Below, in pieces: positions 1 through 7,948 of a DNA stretch of 64,000 bases. The first letter of the stretch is position 1; each line of letters starts with the position of its first letter. The notes under the pieces were generated by a model that ran no database searches, was not told the DNA's origin, and saw only the letters and a program-made list of their open reading frames with translations. Origin of the DNA: an uncultured delta proteobacterium (GTDB lineage Bacteria; Desulfobacterota; Binatia; Binatales; Binataceae). Both the position numbers and the translations under genes were made by a program. The DNA is taken from positions 672,001-736,000 of the forward strand of contig CAWJET010000001.1 in the NCBI GenBank assembly GCA_963842085.1, given 5' to 3'.

Positions 1-24
1 CTCTTCGATTCCTCCTGTGTCGGG

Positions 25-2352
25 TTAGAACTTGTATTGCAAACTCATATAAGCGGTGTTTCCGGTGAAAGGTGTCCAGTTGGAGTTGCCCAGGAACACC
101 GACTGAGGCGACGCCGCCATCCAGGGTGTCAACCGGTCGTAGCCGAAGTCATTCTCGCCAAAGTTGCTGAAAAGGTAGCCGATGGTCAGCGCCATGTTCT
201 TACGGAAAGGATAGCGGTAGGTGACAATCAACTCGTGGAAGCGCGAACCGACGTCCGGGAAACTCGTCGCTGGGCCAAGGGCGGCATCGCCATTTGCGTG
301 CGTTGCGTCATTCGTAACCGTGTAGTTGTACTGCGCTTGTATGGTCGAGGCGTTCGGTAGCACCTGGTTGGCGGGTATCGTGGCGTTAAAACCAACGTCA
401 ATTGAATTGCCCTGCTCACGACCGTAGCTAGTCCAAGTCTGACCAGGGCAAGTTGCGGGAGTTTGATGCTCGGGAACGGACGGACACTTTGGCTCACCCA
501 CGCCGCCCGGCTGGCGCTGGAAGGAGTTGAGATTCCAGTCCGTGGCGGTCCACGACCAGTCAGCATGCAGGTTTAGTCCCGCGAGCGGGGTCCAATTCAT
601 GCCGACGGAGGGGGTGTAGTCGGACCAGTGCTGCAGACCGAAGTCCGAGGACGGATATGAGTAATCGTCGTAGTCCATCTCGGCATAGAGCGTCAGCGGT
701 TTGAGCCACGGATTTTCTTCCAGCCAGGGGTTGCCTTCCCCGGCTTGAAAGGGCTGGGCGTCCGAATACAGCGAGAACTGATTGACGTGCACTGAGGCCT
801 CGTCGAAGCGGGTCAATTGACTGAACTCGGTTAAGCCGCCGTTCTGATTAACCAGACTCGTGCGATTGTTGTTATAGCCGGGAGAGTCACGGTCGGCATA
901 CTGGTACGAACCCCGCAACTCAAGCCATTCGTAGGGAGTCCAATCCAGCACCGGACCATACGAGGTCGTGTCTTGCTGCAGCACCATCATGCCGCCGTTG
1001 TGATTAGTCTGAATGTTGCCGACCAGACTGGCCACCATCGTCTCGGTTATGTTGTAGCTCGCTTCGCCCTGGATGTTCTGTGTGGAAAAAGCGAAGGGAT
1101 AAGCGGTGGCGCTCCACAGGCTGGCCGTATCATTCAATGAAAATACGTCCTTGAAGGTCACAGCGGGATCATGGTTGTCGTAGTCGAAGTAGCTGTAGGT
1201 GGCCTTTAGCCGCAGGCGGTCCAGCGGCCGGCTGACGACGCTGAAGTTGGCGAAGAATGGCGACACGTCACCGCCCAAGCTCTGCCGGGGAAGCGCTTGG
1301 GAGGGCAAGGCACCGTTGATCGTGAACGGGATGAAGCCCTGGTTCTGAAGCCACCATCCGTAAGAGACGCTGCCCATGAGGTGCGTGTCCATCGGCAGGT
1401 TGAGACCGGCGGTAGCCTCGAAAGTATGAGCCTCGTTGTCGGGGTAGGTGAAGTCGCGGCCGTTGCAGGGCCCAATGCCAGCGGAGCCCCCACCCGAGTA
1501 AATCGGAGAGTCAACGCAAGAACCGCCGGGGCCAGTCATTTCGCCCCAGGTGTTGGGGTTCTGCCAGGTAAGTGTGCTGTACTGGTTCTTGAAGAATGAG
1601 CCCTGATACTGAAGCCCGAGCAGCCAGGTTCCGTTAGCCCACTGCACGCCGACGCCGTAATTGTAAGTGTCGTACTCGATCGGCCGCGAAAGCTCGGTGA
1701 TATTGTACGCACCGGGGTTAGGACCGAACATTTCGCCATACTGGTTGTTGCCGCTTGGGTTCTGGAAATTGAAGTATGCCGAGTAGGTCCACTGGGGCGT
1801 AGGCGTGTAGCGGATGTTCAGGTTGGCGATCCCCTCCAACAGGCTGAGTGACAGCGGCTGGTCAGTCTTGTTTAGCCAGGAGGCGATGTTCGGACCCACG
1901 GTCGGCGTAGGCGCCGCTGGCTTCGAGGGCAGAGTGAAGTTGCCACCATTTTGCTGGTAAGGGCTCTCGGCAATGTCGTCGCTCAGAAAATGCGGAATTT
2001 CCTGCCACTGCGCATCGACATCCAGCAGGCCGTATTCCCCGAAATGGAGGTCGTACAATTCGTTGGTCTGGCCAACGTTGAGGGCGTGGAAGTCCGCGAA
2101 CGTCCGGCCCTCCTTGTCCTGAAGCAGTAACTTCAGCTCGGGCGATATTATCTGCTGCGCGAGGTCCTGATATTCGCGGAACTTGGCGACGTTGGTGGCC
2201 GGTACATTCTGCAGAAAAGCTCCGACCTCGGCCGAGCCCGTTGCGGTGTAATTGCTGCCGACGTTGACCTGGGCGGCGACGAACCGGGGTGTCAGCGTGA
2301 GCACTGTTAGAGCGATGACGAACGGTCGAAATATGAAACGCGGTAAATTCAT
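25..2352 (-). CDS. mtrB: MtrB/PioB-family decaheme-associated outer-membrane beta-barrel
   Basis: 775 aa; signal peptide; AKFREY motif near the N-terminus; aromatic-rich alternating strands; C-terminal YKF; directly downstream of a decaheme cytochrome; GAGGAGG RBS. Confidence 0.9.
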   Translation of the reverse strand: MNLPRFIFRPFVIALTVLTLTPRFVAAQVNVGSNYTATGSAEVGAFLQNVPATNVAKFREYQDLAQQIISPELKLLLQDKEGRTFADFHALNVGQTNELYDLHFGEYGLLDVDAQWQEIPHFLSDDIAESPYQQNGGNFTLPSKPAAPTPTVGPNIASWLNKTDQPLSLSLLEGIANLNIRYTPTPQWTYSAYFNFQNPSGNNQYGEMFGPNPGAYNITELSRPIEYDTYNYGVGVQWANGTWLLGLQYQGSFFKNQYSTLTWQNPNTWGEMTGPGGSCVDSPIYSGGGSAGIGPCNGRDFTYPDNEAHTFEATAGLNLPMDTHLMGSVSYGWWLQNQGFIPFTINGALPSQALPRQSLGGDVSPFFANFSVVSRPLDRLRLKATYSYFDYDNHDPAVTFKDVFSLNDTASLWSATAYPFAFSTQNIQGEASYNITETMVASLVGNIQTNHNGGMMVLQQDTTSYGPVLDWTPYEWLELRGSYQYADRDSPGYNNNRTSLVNQNGGLTEFSQLTRFDEASVHVNQFSLYSDAQPFQAGEGNPWLEENPWLKPLTLYAEMDYDDYSYPSSDFGLQHWSDYTPSVGMNWTPLAGLNLHADWSWTATDWNLNSFQRQPGGVGEPKCPSVPEHQTPATCPGQTWTSYGREQGNSIDVGFNATIPANQVLPNASTIQAQYNYTVTNDATHANGDAALGPATSFPDVGSRFHELIVTYRYPFRKNMALTIGYLFSNFGENDFGYDRLTPWMAASPQSVFLGNSNWTPFTGNTAYMSLQYKF

Positions 2353-2385
2353 CGACCTGTTCCTCCTCGTAAACCTTGGCTGCGC

Positions 2386-3465
2386 TCACCGAGTCAAGTC
2401 CACGCCACCGGGTGCATTTGATCCGTGAATCGCCGAATGACAATTGGTGCAAGCCTGGCTGAAGACAAATACCGTGCCCCGGCCAGACGGCGTGCCCGGA
2501 TGGAACGTCCCGATGTGGCACTGCTGGCACAACCGGGGCGGTCGCATCTTAAGCATCGAGCGGTTTATCGCACCGTGCGGGTCATGGCAGTTCAGGCAGT
2601 CCTGCACGACCGGTGGATGCATCCATAGGAACGGGCCGCGCTTCTCGGCGTGACAGGTGTAACAGGTCTCATTGACGGTGGCGCGCACCAGTTGATTAGG
2701 ATAAGGGCCGCCGTGTGGGTTGTGACAGTCGGTGCAGGTCATGAGTCCCTCGAACAGCGGCATGTGCGAGGGCAGCGTCATTTGCATCTTCTGCTTCAGG
2801 TGACAGCGCAAGCAGACCTGGGTCTCCGGGCGAGTGATGATGAAAGGATTCGACTCCATCGCCGACGCGAGCTGAAAGCGGGGACTTATCTGGCGCATAA
2901 TGGTGTGGCAGTCGGTGCAGCGTAAGCCGCGAAAGGCGTGAGTGCTTGCGTGCCAAAAGGCCTGCGCTCCGTTGTTGTGGCAATTCAGGCAGGCCGCGTT
3001 TTGCTGATCTGCCGCTTCCCCGGAATCGGCTCGGAAACTGATTACCCCGCCAGTACTAGGGCCGTGCATCACTTCGTCAGGCTTCTCATTTCGCCCCATA
3101 GCTTGAGCCATCGCGCCGACATAGCGACTGCCGGGTCCATGACAGGATTCGCATCCCCGCCCTTGCGCCTCGTCGCGAGGATGCTCGAGCATGATCTTGC
3201 CCATCATGGTCTGGCTAAATTCGTGTGTTACTCCTTGATGGCAGCTTTCACAGACTTTGTCACCCAGGTAAGTCGCAAGCGGCGCGGATTGGGCTGGAGT
3301 TACGGATTGCCCATTCGGCTGCGGTGAAGGCGCGACCGGCGTACTCGATGCGGCCGGCGGGGAGGCAGACGCCGCGGCGGCGGCGCCGCATCGATAACAG
3401 ACGAACACCACCCCGACCAGGACAAGGATAGCGATTCGCGGAAATCGCTTGAGGAAAGCAGTCAT
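2386..3465 (-). CDS. mtrA: MtrA/MtoA/DmsE-family periplasmic decaheme cytochrome c
   Basis: 10 CxxCH motifs counted; AEKRGPFLWMHPPV and CHSAIHGSNAP family motifs; start moved to MTAFLKR (signal peptide). Confidence 0.93.
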   Translation of the reverse strand: MTAFLKRFPRIAILVLVGVVFVCYRCGAAAAASASPPAASSTPVAPSPQPNGQSVTPAQSAPLATYLGDKVCESCHQGVTHEFSQTMMGKIMLEHPRDEAQGRGCESCHGPGSRYVGAMAQAMGRNEKPDEVMHGPSTGGVISFRADSGEAADQQNAACLNCHNNGAQAFWHASTHAFRGLRCTDCHTIMRQISPRFQLASAMESNPFIITRPETQVCLRCHLKQKMQMTLPSHMPLFEGLMTCTDCHNPHGGPYPNQLVRATVNETCYTCHAEKRGPFLWMHPPVVQDCLNCHDPHGAINRSMLKMRPPRLCQQCHIGTFHPGTPSGRGTVFVFSQACTNCHSAIHGSNAPGGVDLTR

Positions 3466-3508
3466 GGATGCGTACGGTCCCCGCGGCAAATTATCAGTAT
3501 TCTTGGTC

Positions 3509-4264
3509 CTACCGCAACTCGCCGCCGAGGGTGCGATGACGGCCTTGGTTGGCATCGTAACGTTGGTCGCCGCGCAGGTCCGCCAGCCTGCTAGAGAGCC
3601 ACGACAGCCACTCGTCCATTCCCTGGTTATCGCGTGCCGAAACCAACAGCAGGCGCGGCTGGGGCATCACCCTGGCGAGAGCGTCCTCGAATGATTGCGT
3701 GTGCACGTCTGGCAGATGCGGCAGCAGGTCGGCCTTGGTCAGCACGACCAGGTCGGCGCTGCGGAACATCACCGGGTACTTAAGCGGCTTGTCCTCGCCT
3801 TCAGTCACCGCCAGCGCGACTACATTCACGCGCTGACCCAGGTCGTAGACAGCCGGACAAACAAGATTGCCGACATTTTCGATGAAGAGTACGTCGCGAT
3901 CCTGCCAAGCGATGTCATGCAGGCCTCGATGCACCATCGCCGCGTCGAGATGGCAGGTTGACCCGGTCGTGATAGTGGCGGCCGGGATGCCGGCCGCGCG
4001 TAGGCGCTCGCCATCGTGGTCGGTGGCGAGATCGCCGCTGAGCGCGGCCAGCTTGACGCCGCGCGGAGCGAGAGCGCGCGCCGTCGCTTCGATGAGCGCT
4101 GTCTTACCTGAGCCCGGCGAGCCCATGAGATTTATCGCGAGCACGCCAGCAGAGGCGAAATGCTCGCGGTTGTGACGCGCTGCACTCTCATTCGCCTTGA
4201 GAATCCGCTCATGAAGGTCCACCGTGACGACTCGTTCGTCACCACAGCCGCAGGTCTGGCACAT
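3509..4264 (-). CDS. hypB: Hydrogenase nickel-insertion GTPase HypB
   Basis: MCQTCGC N-terminus, GSPGSGKT P-loop, CHLDA, ENVGNLVCPA, EGEDKPLKYP. Confidence 0.97.
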   Translation of the reverse strand: MCQTCGCGDERVVTVDLHERILKANESAARHNREHFASAGVLAINLMGSPGSGKTALIEATARALAPRGVKLAALSGDLATDHDGERLRAAGIPAATITTGSTCHLDAAMVHRGLHDIAWQDRDVLFIENVGNLVCPAVYDLGQRVNVVALAVTEGEDKPLKYPVMFRSADLVVLTKADLLPHLPDVHTQSFEDALARVMPQPRLLLVSARDNQGMDEWLSWLSSRLADLRGDQRYDANQGRHRTLGGELR

Positions 4265-4605
4265 CAGTTCACCTCCATCTCGATTCTGGTCAGCAGGATT
4301 TCATCCCCCTGGGCCAGGCATGCCGCGCCGCCGCACCCTACGCAGCGAAGCGCTCCATGCCGGGGAAGCTCGCAGCCGCACTGGCTGCACTTCCATACCG
4401 CCAGGACCGGCTCGATGGAAAGTGCTGCCTCTGCGCAAACTGTGCGCTCGCGGAAGATCTCATACGCGGTGGCGAGCAGGTCGCGATCGACGCCCGAAAG
4501 CTCGCCGACGCGCACGCAGACCCGGCGCACGGCGGTTGCGCCACGCGAGCGCGCCGTCGTGTCAACCTGCTCTATCAGCGCGCCTATAACCGAATACTCG
4601 TGCAC
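4264..4605 (-). CDS. hypA: Hydrogenase nickel metallochaperone HypA
   Basis: MHEYS N-terminus, two CxxC motifs, GDE motif. Confidence 0.95.
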   Translation of the reverse strand: MHEYSVIGALIEQVDTTARSRGATAVRRVCVRVGELSGVDRDLLATAYEIFRERTVCAEAALSIEPVLAVWKCSQCGCELPRHGALRCVGCGGAACLAQGDEILLTRIEMEVN

Positions 4606-4617
4606 CTACAATCCCTC

Positions 4618-5481
4618 TCACGCGCCGTTGAATTTCGGCGTCCGCTTCGCAATAAACGCCGCGAGTCCGTCGGCAAAGTCCGGCCCATTGGCGACTCGCG
4701 TCAGGCTCTCGAGTTCGCCATCGAGATGGCGATCGAGCATGTCCATGCCGCACGCCTGGTTGATGAGGGCCTTGGCCTCTGCCCAGGCGCGCGTGGGTCC
4801 CGCGGCCAGGCGCTCAACCAAGGCGAAGGTTTCAGCCTCGAATGTTTCATTGGGATGTACTGCCGTGACCAGCCCGATTTCCAGAGCGCGTCTCGCATCC
4901 AGCCGCGGGCTAAGGAACACGAGTTCCAGCGCACGCCTGAGTCCGAGCAGGCGCGGGAGCAGGAAGGTCGAGCTTTCGGCGCCGGTCAGCCCGGTCCGGC
5001 CGTAAGCCCATTCGAAGCTGGCGCGCTCGGAAGCGATGACCAGGTCGCACGCCATCGCGATTCCGAAACCGCCGGCCGCTGCAATCCCGTCCACCGCCGC
5101 CACGAACGGCTTTGCTGCCCGCCGGATCTCGGAGATGGTGCTGTGGATATACTCGACAATTTCCTTCAGCACTTCGCCGAAGCCCGCGCTTTGAGTTGTC
5201 GCCTCCGGTTTGAGGTAGTCGAGTTCGCGCTCATTCCCACCCGTTCGCACATATTTGAGATCGGCGCCGCTGCAAAATACGCCGCCCGAGCCGCGAATCA
5301 CCACCGCGCGCACTGACTCATCGCGCGCCAGCCGCAAACCCGCGCGCCGCAGATCCTGAGCGGTCGCAACGTCGAGCGAGTTGAAGTGCTCACGACGGTC
5401 GATGGTGATGACGCCCACGCCTGCGCGTGTGTCACACAGAACGTGTGGCGACGGGCGACGAGTTGGCTCTTTGACTTCCAT
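4618..5481 (-). CDS. Enoyl-CoA hydratase/isomerase (crotonase) family protein resembling the HypX C-terminal domain
   Basis: FCSGADL, KPFVAAVDGIAAAGG, ACDLVIAS crotonase motifs; AYGRTGLTGAESSTFLLPR; lies between hypE and hypA. Confidence 0.85.
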   Translation of the reverse strand: MEVKEPTRRPSPHVLCDTRAGVGVITIDRREHFNSLDVATAQDLRRAGLRLARDESVRAVVIRGSGGVFCSGADLKYVRTGGNERELDYLKPEATTQSAGFGEVLKEIVEYIHSTISEIRRAAKPFVAAVDGIAAAGGFGIAMACDLVIASERASFEWAYGRTGLTGAESSTFLLPRLLGLRRALELVFLSPRLDARRALEIGLVTAVHPNETFEAETFALVERLAAGPTRAWAEAKALINQACGMDMLDRHLDGELESLTRVANGPDFADGLAAFIAKRTPKFNGA

Positions 5482-5489
5482 GGTACTGC

Positions 5490-6521
5490 TCAGCAAATGC
5501 GCGGCAACGGTTCGCCTTCAGGTTCGGAGAGCAAGCGGCGGCCGAAGCCAGTGTCGAGAATCAGGCGCCCGGGCCGCTCTGCCGTGCAGGTCGCGACGAT
5601 CGCGGCGTTGCGGCCGAGCGGATGAGCGCGCAGGGCGTTAAGTACGCGCTCCGCGGATTCCGCGCGCACCCCGATGAGCGCCTTGCCCTCGTTGGCCACC
5701 ATCAGCGGGTCGATCCCAAGCAGCTCAGCCGCGGCGCGCACACCGGCGTTCAGCGGCACGCTTGGGCCGTTGAGCACGATCCCGACGCCGGCCTTTTGCG
5801 CCATTTCGCAAAGCGCGCTGACCACGCCGCCGCGCGTCGGATCCTTCATCGCAACCACGCCGTCGCCACCTGCGTCGAGCGCCTGGCGGACCATCATATT
5901 GAGAGGCGCCACATCCGACCGCAGATCGCCTTCGAGCGCGAGTTCGTGCCGGCACGCCATCACCGCGAGTCCGTGATCGCCGGCGGTTCCGCTGAGAATG
6001 ATCAGGTCGCCCGGCTTTAGGCCGGAATCGGGAACAACGCGGCGCGAGAGCGCGATGCCCGTCGTATTGAGCACGAGCCCGTCGATCTCGCCGCGGCCCA
6101 TGACCTTTGTGTCGCCGGTTAGAATCCGCGCGTCCGCCTCGCGGCAGGCAGCCTCGATTGAGTCGCGGACGCGTTCGAGGTCAGCGCGGGAAAACCCTTC
6201 TTCGACCACCACCGCGCAGGTGAGCGCCAGAACGTCGGTCGCACCCATCATCGCCAAGTCGTTGACAGTACCGGCGACCGCCAGCCGCCCGATATCGCCG
6301 CCGGGGAAAAAGATCGGACTGATCACGTGCGAGTCGGTGGTGATGACCAGCCATTGGTCCCCGAGCGCGATGGCCGCGCCGTCGTCCATTGCTGCCAGAC
6401 CGATTCCCGGCCCCGGCACGCCGTCCAACCGGTCGACGAAGAGTTCCTTGATGAGCGCGCGCATCGCGCGTCCACCGGCTCCATGCTTGAGCCCGATTCT
6501 GCTGTCTTCTTCGTCGACCAT
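5490..6521 (-). CDS. hypE: Hydrogenase maturation protein HypE
   Basis: HGAGG, TTDSHV, GTVNDLAM, DPTRGG, ANEGK, C-terminal PRIC. Confidence 0.97.
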   Translation of the reverse strand: MVDEEDSRIGLKHGAGGRAMRALIKELFVDRLDGVPGPGIGLAAMDDGAAIALGDQWLVITTDSHVISPIFFPGGDIGRLAVAGTVNDLAMMGATDVLALTCAVVVEEGFSRADLERVRDSIEAACREADARILTGDTKVMGRGEIDGLVLNTTGIALSRRVVPDSGLKPGDLIILSGTAGDHGLAVMACRHELALEGDLRSDVAPLNMMVRQALDAGGDGVVAMKDPTRGGVVSALCEMAQKAGVGIVLNGPSVPLNAGVRAAAELLGIDPLMVANEGKALIGVRAESAERVLNALRAHPLGRNAAIVATCTAERPGRLILDTGFGRRLLSEPEGEPLPRIC

Positions 6522-6531
6522 GGCGTCAGTT

Positions 6532-7665
6532 TCAACTACCCAAATCGGGCCTGCCTCCGTACTCCAGCCAGATGCGGCAAGTCCCTTCACTGCTCACCAT
6601 GCATGCGCCCACCGGATGGTCCGGCAAGCATTTGGTGCCGAAGAGCGGGCAGGCGCTCGGCGTTGCGATACCGGCCATGATGTCGCCGCATATGCACTGC
6701 GCGGCAAGCCGGGGCGGTGCGTACGACCACAGGCCGGTGAGGTCGATCTTGAAGCGCCGGCGTGCGTCGACCTGCGCCCATTCGTCGCGCAAGCGCAGGT
6801 TGCCGTTGGGCACGTGCGCAATTCCGCGCCATCGACCGCCGATCGACCGAAACACCCGCCACAACGCCTCCTGAGCATTGCGGTTTCCCTCGCGCGTGAC
6901 GCACCGCGGATAGGCGTTGACCACGGCCGCACGGCGATCACGAATCAGCTCGAGCAGGCGTGCGAGTCCGGCCAGAATATCGAGCGGTTCGAAGCCGGCC
7001 ACTACGACGGGTATATGATGATGCTCGACGAAACGCTCGAAGACTCCCCATCCAGTGATGGCGGCTGCGTGGCCCGCCGCAAGAAACCCTTCGACCCGTG
7101 TCGCAGGCATTTCGGCGACTATCTCCATCACCGGCGGGATGTACTTGTGAGCGGAGAGAACCGAGAAGTTGGATGGCGTGCCGGCCAGCAGGGCCGCCGC
7201 GGTGGCGACGGCTGTGGTCTCGAAGCCGCTGGCGAAGAACACCAGCTCTTCATCAATGCGGCGCGCCAGTTCCACCGCCTGCGACACGCTGTAGACGACG
7301 TCCACGCGCGCGCCATCCGCCCTCGCGTCTGCCAGCGACTTGACGCTTCCGGGCACGCGCAGCATGTCGCCGTAGGTCGCAATTCTCACTCCTGCAAGCG
7401 CAAGCGCGACCGCCTCGTCAACCTCGGGCAGATCGGTCACGCATACCGGACAGCCCGGTCCCATGATCACGTCGAGCGCGCGGGGCAAGCTGGCCCGCAA
7501 GCCGAAGCGCGCGATTGCCTGCTCGTGGCTTCCGCACACGTGCATCACTGAGATTGGCGCGCGGCCGATAGATTCGCACAGCCGGCCGAGCAGCGCGGTG
7601 AGCTCGCGTCCGCGCCGGGGATCGCGGAACTCGAGCACGCGGCCGTTCATCTGGCTGTCATCCAT
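6532..7665 (-). CDS. hypD: Hydrogenase maturation protein HypD
   Basis: CGSHE, GPGCPVC, GFETT, GACMVSSEGTC. Confidence 0.97.
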   Translation of the reverse strand: MDDSQMNGRVLEFRDPRRGRELTALLGRLCESIGRAPISVMHVCGSHEQAIARFGLRASLPRALDVIMGPGCPVCVTDLPEVDEAVALALAGVRIATYGDMLRVPGSVKSLADARADGARVDVVYSVSQAVELARRIDEELVFFASGFETTAVATAAALLAGTPSNFSVLSAHKYIPPVMEIVAEMPATRVEGFLAAGHAAAITGWGVFERFVEHHHIPVVVAGFEPLDILAGLARLLELIRDRRAAVVNAYPRCVTREGNRNAQEALWRVFRSIGGRWRGIAHVPNGNLRLRDEWAQVDARRRFKIDLTGLWSYAPPRLAAQCICGDIMAGIATPSACPLFGTKCLPDHPVGACMVSSEGTCRIWLEYGGRPDLGS

Positions 7666-7948
7666 CTTTTTTTCTCTCGCCAGCCGCAATTTCGCCGCGC
7701 ACGTCGGCCGCCATCAAATCCTCGCGCTCGGCTTCGCGCAGCAATTCCTCGTAAAGGGCAAGGGTGGCTTCGACCTCCGCGGCGGGAATCTTGCGGATCG
7801 CGTAACCGACATGATTGAGCACGTAGTCGCCGGGACCGACCGGCTCGTCAACGATGTCGAGCAGGACCTCCTTGCGCACGCCCCAGAAATCGACGGTCGC
7901 GACGGAACCTGAAACTCCGACCACTCTGCCCGGTACACCGAGGCACAT
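7658..7948 (-). CDS. hypC: Hydrogenase chaperone HypC
   Basis: MCLGVPG start overlapping the hypF stop (TGATG); GDYVLNHVGYAI. Confidence 0.96.
   Translation of the reverse strand: MCLGVPGRVVGVSGSVATVDFWGVRKEVLLDIVDEPVGPGDYVLNHVGYAIRKIPAAEVEATLALYEELLREAEREDLMAADVRGEIAAGERKKDG

Noticed and set aside
4618-5481. Full-length hypX
   Set aside because: Under 300 aa with no formyltransferase domain
5998-7551. Long plus-strand ORFs antisense to real genes (also 24054-25244, 53757-54974) and the alternative-frame ORF 35495-36682
   Set aside because: Shadow ORFs typical of GC-rich coding DNA, with no recognisable motifs
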